Shown piece after piece: positions 27,045 to 32,000 of a stretch of 32,000 nucleotides of DNA. Source of the stretch: Candidatus Atelocyanobacterium thalassa isolate ALOHA (GTDB lineage Bacteria > Cyanobacteriota > Cyanobacteriia > Cyanobacteriales > Microcystaceae). The stretch lies in the NCBI RefSeq assembly GCF_000025125.1, contig NC_013771.1, positions 450,001-482,000 of the forward strand, in the 5' to 3' direction. Positions within the stretch are counted from its first letter, which is position 1. The number at the start of each line of letters is the position of its first letter. Under the pieces are notes generated by a model that was not told the DNA's origin, did not search any database, and was given only the letters and a program-made list of their open reading frames with translations. A program made the translations under genes and the position numbers.

Positions 27045-28016
27045 TTAGTAATTTAATAATTTTTTTTGGATATCTTGTAACATACTGTCCACAACACATG
27101 ACTGCTTTACTTGTTTATGATGGGTAAAAATTGCATATGCTTCTTCACAATATTTTCGGCATCTTTCTAGGTTGTTGGTATTTCCCATTTCAGGATGCTC
27201 AATATTGTCTGGTAAGTTGAACAAAACATTAGCCTTATTGGCAATAGTATTAGCATACTCCAAAGGTGTATCACTAGCTGTTCTAACCTTTAAAGCTTCG
27301 TCATATGCTTTTAAAGCTTTTAAATTATTTTCTATGGGATGAGAAGTAGGTAAATACTGTAGTGTATTTGCTAGATTATTTTGCAACATAGCATATTCAC
27401 TAGGATGATTAGTAATTGTGACCCATTTCAATGCTGACTGAAAAGACTGCACTACGACTCCATACCTTATTTTTTTTTTATTTGGCCCCAAAGGTAAAGA
27501 TAAATAAGCAACTGCAATATTGTTTTGCAAAATAGCAAATTCTTGGGGATAATTTTCACCAGTAAATATTTTTGTCGCTTTATAATATATCTGTATAGCT
27601 TCTTGTATGGTAGCCTTATTGAATTCTACCAGGCCTTGTAAAACAATTCCCAAGTTCATTTGTGTTTCAGCAATCTCTAAAGAAGAAGCATACTTTTCTA
27701 AAATAGGTAAAGCTTCTTCATAAGAGTTTTTTGCTTCTAACAATAGATTTTCTTCTTGATCTGGAATAGAACGTAAAGCTGTCCCTATCCCAGAAAGGCA
27801 TCTAGCCTTAAGTAAAGACTCATTATGAGTATTCAATTCCATACCTTTGCGATAAAGAAAAATAGAATCTTTTATTTGTTCAATTGTTTTTGCTTGTCCT
27901 TGTAATCTAGTTGCTATTTCTATCAGCATTTCGATTTTTTCTGATGTTGTAGCTACTTCAGATTCAATAGCCTTTAGGGCAGCTTTAACGTTAGCATCAC
28001 TAAAAGTAAGTATCAC
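27045..28016 (-). CDS. TPR-like repeat protein (kinesin-light-chain-type ~45-aa repeats), function unknown
   Basis: 323 aa and all-helical in character. A repeated motif recurs about every 45 aa (LEIAETQMNLGIVLQGL, QEFAILQNNIAVAYLSL, SEYAMLQNNLANTLQYL, LEYANTIANKANVLFNL). The GTG start at 28016 has no visible SD, so the N-terminus is uncertain. Confidence 0.65.
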   Translation of the reverse strand: MILTFSDANVKAALKAIESEVATTSEKIEMLIEIATRLQGQAKTIEQIKDSIFLYRKGMELNTHNESLLKARCLSGIGTALRSIPDQEENLLLEAKNSYEEALPILEKYASSLEIAETQMNLGIVLQGLVEFNKATIQEAIQIYYKATKIFTGENYPQEFAILQNNIAVAYLSLPLGPNKKKIRYGVVVQSFQSALKWVTITNHPSEYAMLQNNLANTLQYLPTSHPIENNLKALKAYDEALKVRTASDTPLEYANTIANKANVLFNLPDNIEHPEMGNTNNLERCRKYCEEAYAIFTHHKQVKQSCVVDSMLQDIQKKLLNY

Positions 28017-28669
28017 AATATTAATAGTTAGTTACTTGAAAATTAACAAAAAGATGTACAGAAAGGTTGATTTCTATAAATAAACTTAAGCACGTTTTTC
28101 ATACTTATTACTTCAAATATATTTGAAGATATATTATTATTGAATCAAAAATATTTTATTTGGTTAGAATTCCTTGATATTTTTTAATAAATTTATCTTT
28201 ATTCATAGTAAAGATTTAGAATGCTTATTACTAGAAGCCATGCAGTTAGACATTAAAACTTAGATGCCTTAATACAATACACTTAAGTATTCATTCTCAC
28301 CCGATAGAAGTACTATCGTTAAAGAATTGAATTTTCATCATCCTATCGAGGAATAGGGCTATTAGATATGGCTATAAGAATAAAAAGTTTTCTTAAAAGC
28401 TATAAAAATTCACACTTCATGAGAATAGAATATTAGTGCTTATGAAGAAAACTGACATGTGGCTATCTGGCTTACTCATAATGAGATTTATTTACTAATA
28501 AATATAAGATTCAAAAAATGTTTAATTAAAGAATTTTATATCATCTAAAAAAGTAAATATTAATCGAAGTTTTTTCTAATATATATAAATTAGAAAATAG
28601 CATATATTGCTACTAAGATTAAATTAACAAAGAATTACAAATATTGATATTACCTTGTTTTCAACTATC

Positions 28670-28885
28670 TTATAGAATTTCTAATTGATCCACACGCAAC
28701 CAAACACTAGGGGTTGGAGCTGAGAACTGAATTAAGGCATATTCGTCATTAAGGTCTAATATCTCGCCCTTAGTTTGAAATATATAGCTTGGAAAACGTT
28801 TATCACTAGCTTTTCCTTCCAAGCTGTTTTCTAAATTTTCTTTAATTACACGAACCAACATACCTTTCTTAATTTGAGATGCCAT
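28670..28885 (-). CDS. ndhO: NAD(P)H-quinone oxidoreductase (NDH-1) subunit O
   Basis: 71 aa. IKKGMLVRVIKENLENSLEGKASDKRFPSYIFQTKGEILD...VWLRVDQLE matches my recollection of the cyanobacterial NdhO family in size and motif pattern. Confidence 0.7.
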   Translation of the reverse strand: MASQIKKGMLVRVIKENLENSLEGKASDKRFPSYIFQTKGEILDLNDEYALIQFSAPTPSVWLRVDQLEIL

Positions 28886-28956
28886 AATTAACTATAATTT
28901 TTAGAACTCATCCTTCGAATACAATTCTAACAAATAATGTGTTGTTAATAAATTGC

Positions 28957-28989
28957 AAAGTTTTTTTATTTAACAAATAAAAAAACTTT
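28957..28989. repeat. perfect 33-nt hairpin/palindrome (15-bp stem, 3-nt loop) in a divergent promoter region
   Basis: AAAGTTTTTTTATTT-AAC-AAATAAAAAAACTTT. All 15 pairs were checked. It lies 72 nt upstream of the ndhO start and ~285 nt upstream of the protease start, so it is not 3' of any gene. Confidence 0.9.
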
Positions 28990-29273
28990 TCTTAATCAAG
29001 ATTATTCAAGCTTGCCTTATTAAAAATAATAAAATGATGTGTGTATAATGAGGCCATATCTTTGAAACTAATTAATAGTCTTGTATTAAAGGGGTTTTCT
29101 CTGAGAATCTTTTGCCTTTGTGATAATCCTATCTTAATGAAGCTTTTTTCTCTAAGTAAAGGGTAATTGTTTTTAGGTAAACAAGAAAAAATTAATCATC
29201 AACTGTTACTATAATCATTAATCCTAATATTAATAATTTTAAAGGAAAATCTTTAAAGAACTGGCTAAGGACT

Positions 29274-30458
29274 ATGAAAAATAAACAGCTTCTACTTAAT
29301 ATAAGAAATTATTGCATAGTATTTCTATTTACTATGATTTTTTGTGTTTTTGGCTTCTACAATTCAGTTTCTCAAGCTGAATCTATCAATCATGTATTAG
29401 AAAAGCCACCGAGTTCCTACGATAATACTGGAGCTAATAATTTTGTATCTGCTGCAGTTATTCGTACCGGTCCAGCAGTAGTGCGTATTGATACTGAAAC
29501 TGTTGTCACAAGACAGCTTAACCCGTTCTTTGATGATCCATTATTTCGTGATTTTTTTGGGCAACAGCTCAGACCTCGCATTCCTCAAGAACGTAGGATT
29601 ACCGGACAAGGTTCAGGATTTATTATTGATAAAAGCGGTATTATTCTAACGAATGCTCATGTAGTAAGCAACGCTGACAAAGTAACTGTTACTCTTAAAG
29701 ATGGACGTACTTTCAATGGAAAAGTTAAAGGTACTGATGAAGTGACTGACTTGGCTGTAGTAGGTATAGACACCAAAGGAAACATGATACCCGTCGCGAA
29801 ATTGGGAGATTCTGATAATCTTAAAGTTGGTAACTGGGCAATCGCTGTAGGTAATCCTGTAGGTTTAGATAATACAGTTACTTTAGGTATTATTAGTACT
29901 ATTGGTCGTTCTGCAGCTCAAGCTGGCATTCCTGACAAGCGTCTTGACTTTATTCAAACAGATGCTGCAATAAATCCTGGTAACTCTGGGGGACCATTAT
30001 TAAATGGGCTAGGAGAAGTAATTGGTATAAATACTGCTATTCGTGCTGACGCAATGGGTATTGGATTTGCTATTCCTATTAATAAAGCAAAAGCTTTACA
30101 AAAAGCTTTAGTATCTGGCCAACAGGTACCTCATCCATATATCGGAGTACAAATGGTTAACATTACTCCTGAGATAGCTAGAGAAAATAACAGAAACCCC
30201 AACTCTCCAATTATTATTGCTGAAGTTGAGGGTATTTTAGTTATTCAAGTAGTTCCTGACAGTCCAGCCGCAAAAGCAAAACTACGTCGCGGTGATGTAA
30301 TTATAGCTGTTAACAATCAACCAGTTAAGGATGGAGGGGATTTGCAAAAAATTGTTGAGGAAACTGGAATTAATACTAATTTAAAGCTGAAGTTGTATCG
30401 TGGTGATCGTCTAATGGAATTGACTGTTAAAACTAAACAACTAAAAGGAACATCATAG
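29274..30458 (+). CDS. HtrA/Deg family serine protease with one PDZ domain (HhoA/HhoB/HtrA type)
   Basis: 394 aa with an N-terminal hydrophobic signal. The catalytic triad contexts are TNAHVV (His), DLAVV (Asp) and GNSGGPLL (Ser). The C-terminal PDZ carries SPAAKAKLRRGDVIIAVN. Confidence 0.9.
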   Translation: MKNKQLLLNIRNYCIVFLFTMIFCVFGFYNSVSQAESINHVLEKPPSSYDNTGANNFVSAAVIRTGPAVVRIDTETVVTRQLNPFFDDPLFRDFFGQQLRPRIPQERRITGQGSGFIIDKSGIILTNAHVVSNADKVTVTLKDGRTFNGKVKGTDEVTDLAVVGIDTKGNMIPVAKLGDSDNLKVGNWAIAVGNPVGLDNTVTLGIISTIGRSAAQAGIPDKRLDFIQTDAAINPGNSGGPLLNGLGEVIGINTAIRADAMGIGFAIPINKAKALQKALVSGQQVPHPYIGVQMVNITPEIARENNRNPNSPIIIAEVEGILVIQVVPDSPAAKAKLRRGDVIIAVNNQPVKDGGDLQKIVEETGINTNLKLKLYRGDRLMELTVKTKQLKGTS

Positions 30459-30460
30459 TT

Positions 30461-30505
30461 TAGGTATAGTAAATAGTTCTACACAAGGACTATTTACTAT
30501 ACCTA
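30461..30505. terminator. stem-loop shared by the convergent protease and DUF92 genes
   Basis: TAGGTATAGTAAATAGT / ACTATTTACTATACCTA is a 17-bp perfect stem with 3 further pairs inside. It starts 3 nt after the protease TAG and ends 46 nt from the DUF92 stop. Confidence 0.5.
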
Positions 30506-30551
30506 CATTGTTCACAGTTTTTGTAATAAATTAAGGTAATAAGATTCTTAT

Positions 30552-31316
30552 TTAAAATAAATTAGTTTCTAAAAAATATAAAAAGAAAGCTATTAAAGCA
30601 CCGATCAAGGTGTTGATGATGTTAACTACGTCATTATTCATCCAACTCACTCGATTTTGCAATGTTGCCCCGATCACACTTTCTACATTTGTAGCAAAAA
30701 AAGCAGAAATTACACAATAAGAAACTTCGTTTAAATTAATAAAATTAATAAAAAAACCAACTAATGCGATAAGTACTGATGCGATAAATCCTGCAAGAGT
30801 TCCTTCCAGGCTAATTGCTCCTTCTGTACCTGGAGAAGCTGGCCTTAAAGTAGTAATTAAAAAAGTATTTTTTCCATAAACTTTACCTAATTCAGAAGCT
30901 ACTGTATCTGATAGTTTAGTACTGATACTTGCTACATATCCTAATATAAATAATTTTGTATAAAAAGGATTGCTAAATAAAGTTCCTAAAGCACAGAATA
31001 GAGCAGTAAGTCCTGAACCCCAAACATTTTCAGGCCCTCTAGTTCCTGATCTTTTCTCAGCGATTCCTGCCTTTTCTTTTTTTGATATGCCAACATATGT
31101 AATAGCCGAGCCAATTATGAAATAAGACATTATTAAGATATATCCTTGCCATCCCAATAGCCACCAAATCAAAACTCCTAAAAGCCAAGCATGTAGATAC
31201 CCTGAAAAGGTTAAAAGTTTTTTAGGTATAATCATAGCAAAGCCAAGTAATAAACTATTTAGTATGATACTAATCAACCAAGATCTATCTAAATATGACG
31301 TGATCATCGTTTGCAA
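30552..31316 (-). CDS. DUF92 / COG1836 integral membrane protein (family that includes phytyl-phosphate kinase VTE6)
   Basis: 254 aa and polytopic. The GISKKEKAGIAEKRSGTRGPENVWGSG loop and the overall layout match my recollection of the TIGR00297/DUF92 family. The functional assignment is by family only. Confidence 0.55.
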   Translation of the reverse strand: MQTMITSYLDRSWLISIILNSLLLGFAMIIPKKLLTFSGYLHAWLLGVLIWWLLGWQGYILIMSYFIIGSAITYVGISKKEKAGIAEKRSGTRGPENVWGSGLTALFCALGTLFSNPFYTKLFILGYVASISTKLSDTVASELGKVYGKNTFLITTLRPASPGTEGAISLEGTLAGFIASVLIALVGFFINFINLNEVSYCVISAFFATNVESVIGATLQNRVSWMNNDVVNIINTLIGALIAFFLYFLETNLF

Positions 31317-31535
31317 TTCCTTATATAAGTAGAAGCATTCGTCTAATTCTTTGATTTCTATTTTAATCGTTAAAGGCTGTAAGTATACGATATGTCCAAA
31401 ATATATATATATTTCGAAAGAATATAAAATAATTTACAATTTATCAAATAGCAATAAAAATATTAAATAAGATAAAATATTAATACTACAAAAACTCCCA
31501 CAACCACTATAATTTTTTAAAGGCTACTATAAATC

Positions 31536-31892
31536 ATGACAGAAACAAATCAAAATCAATCCACAGGAATAAACTTAACAGAAGCTGCTCTTGAGCATGT
31601 CTTAAAATTAAGAGAAAAACAAAATAAGGATCTGTGTTTACGTGTTGGAGTTAGGCAAGGAGGATGTTCTGGTATGTCCTACATAATGGAATTTGAAAGT
31701 TCTGAAAATATAGAAAAACAAGATAAAGTATTTGAGTATGATGGTTTCCAACTTGTGTGTGATCCTAAAAGTTTTCTCTACCTTTATGGATTAGTCCTTG
31801 ATTATAGCGATGCCATGATAGGTGGCGGATTTGAATTTACAAATCCTAATGCTAACCAAACTTGTGGGTGTGGAAAATCTTTTGGCGTTTAA
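31536..31892 (+). CDS. HesB/IscA-family iron-sulfur cluster insertion protein
   Basis: 118 aa with the three conserved Cys residues in GGCSGMSY and the C-terminal CGCGKSF, which is diagnostic of A-type carriers. Confidence 0.9.
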   Translation: MTETNQNQSTGINLTEAALEHVLKLREKQNKDLCLRVGVRQGGCSGMSYIMEFESSENIEKQDKVFEYDGFQLVCDPKSFLYLYGLVLDYSDAMIGGGFEFTNPNANQTCGCGKSFGV

Positions 31893-31920
31893 ACATATCT
31901 TAATTGAGGATATGTTTAAA
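31888..31920 (+). terminator. stem-loop overlapping the stop codon of the IscA-type gene
   Basis: TTTAAACATATC [TTAATTGAG] GATATGTTTAAA is a 12-bp perfect stem. That length alone is near chance expectation, and its position at the stop codon is the main argument. Confidence 0.3.
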
Positions 31921-32000
31921 ACTAATTTCTTCCTACTAATTAATAAGATCTAATGAAACTTAAGGTATGACAAATTTATTCGAGACTGATTTTGAAGAAG

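Noticed and set aside
28111-28128. 18-bp perfect palindrome CTTCAAATATATTTGAAG
   Set aside because: With 9-bp arms, roughly one such palindrome is expected by chance in the spacers of this window. It has no positional argument.
31399-31414. AAATATATATATATTT palindrome
   Set aside because: It is a simple (TA)n microsatellite, so its palindromy is trivial.
31493-31506. ACTCCCACAACCAC upstream of the IscA-type gene, reminiscent of the Yfr1 sRNA single-stranded motif ACUCCUCACAC
   Set aside because: It is not an exact match, it has no flanking stem-loops of the Yfr1 type, and it sits within the likely promoter/5' UTR (TATAAT at 31509-31514).
1-32000. Search for CRISPR arrays, IS/transposase or integrase genes, prophage genes, toxin-antitoxin pairs, restriction-modification or other defence-type genes, and rRNA
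   Set aside because: None was found. All ORFs longer than 80 aa that are not shadow ORFs have housekeeping assignments or are the small membrane/TPR trio. No regularly spaced direct repeats were seen.

Overview
This is an AT-rich chromosomal segment, by eye about 30% G+C (not computed), and the spacers are much lower. It carries 24 protein genes and one tRNA, all of cyanobacterial housekeeping type.

Genes in order:
- rsmA, a class V aminotransferase, lpxD and gatB
- a complete pstS-pstC-pstA-pstB-pstB phosphate-uptake operon
- pgeF, a FutB-type ferric iron permease and a stand-alone EF-G paralog
- a SpoIID-domain protein, class I ribonucleotide reductase alpha, ycf66 and lpdA
- tRNA-Arg(CCG) and prs
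- an uncharacterised trio of one TPR protein and two small membrane proteins
- ndhO, an HtrA/Deg protease, a DUF92 membrane protein and an IscA-type Fe-S carrier

ndhO and ycf66 place the segment in the cyanobacterial/plastid lineage. Three features suggest a reduced-genome, possibly symbiotic, unicellular cyanobacterium: the low G+C, about 76% coding (sum of called CDS lengths over 32 kb), and long gene-free spacers of up to 1.1 kb. That assignment is inference, not shown by the sequence.

I saw no rRNA, CRISPR array, transposase, integrase, phage gene, or toxin/defence-like gene. I find no convincing evidence for a novel multi-gene system.

The most unusual signal is non-coding. Many of the longer spacers hold a long, mostly perfect AT-rich inverted repeat with a 15-21 bp stem. 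Some sit at gene 3' ends and look like terminators or 3' stabilisers. Others sit in 5' or divergent-promoter regions, including 35-38 nt perfect palindromes, two of them made only of A and T.

The best coding candidate for something undescribed is the TPR protein plus two glycine-zipper/2-TM small proteins at 26466-28016.
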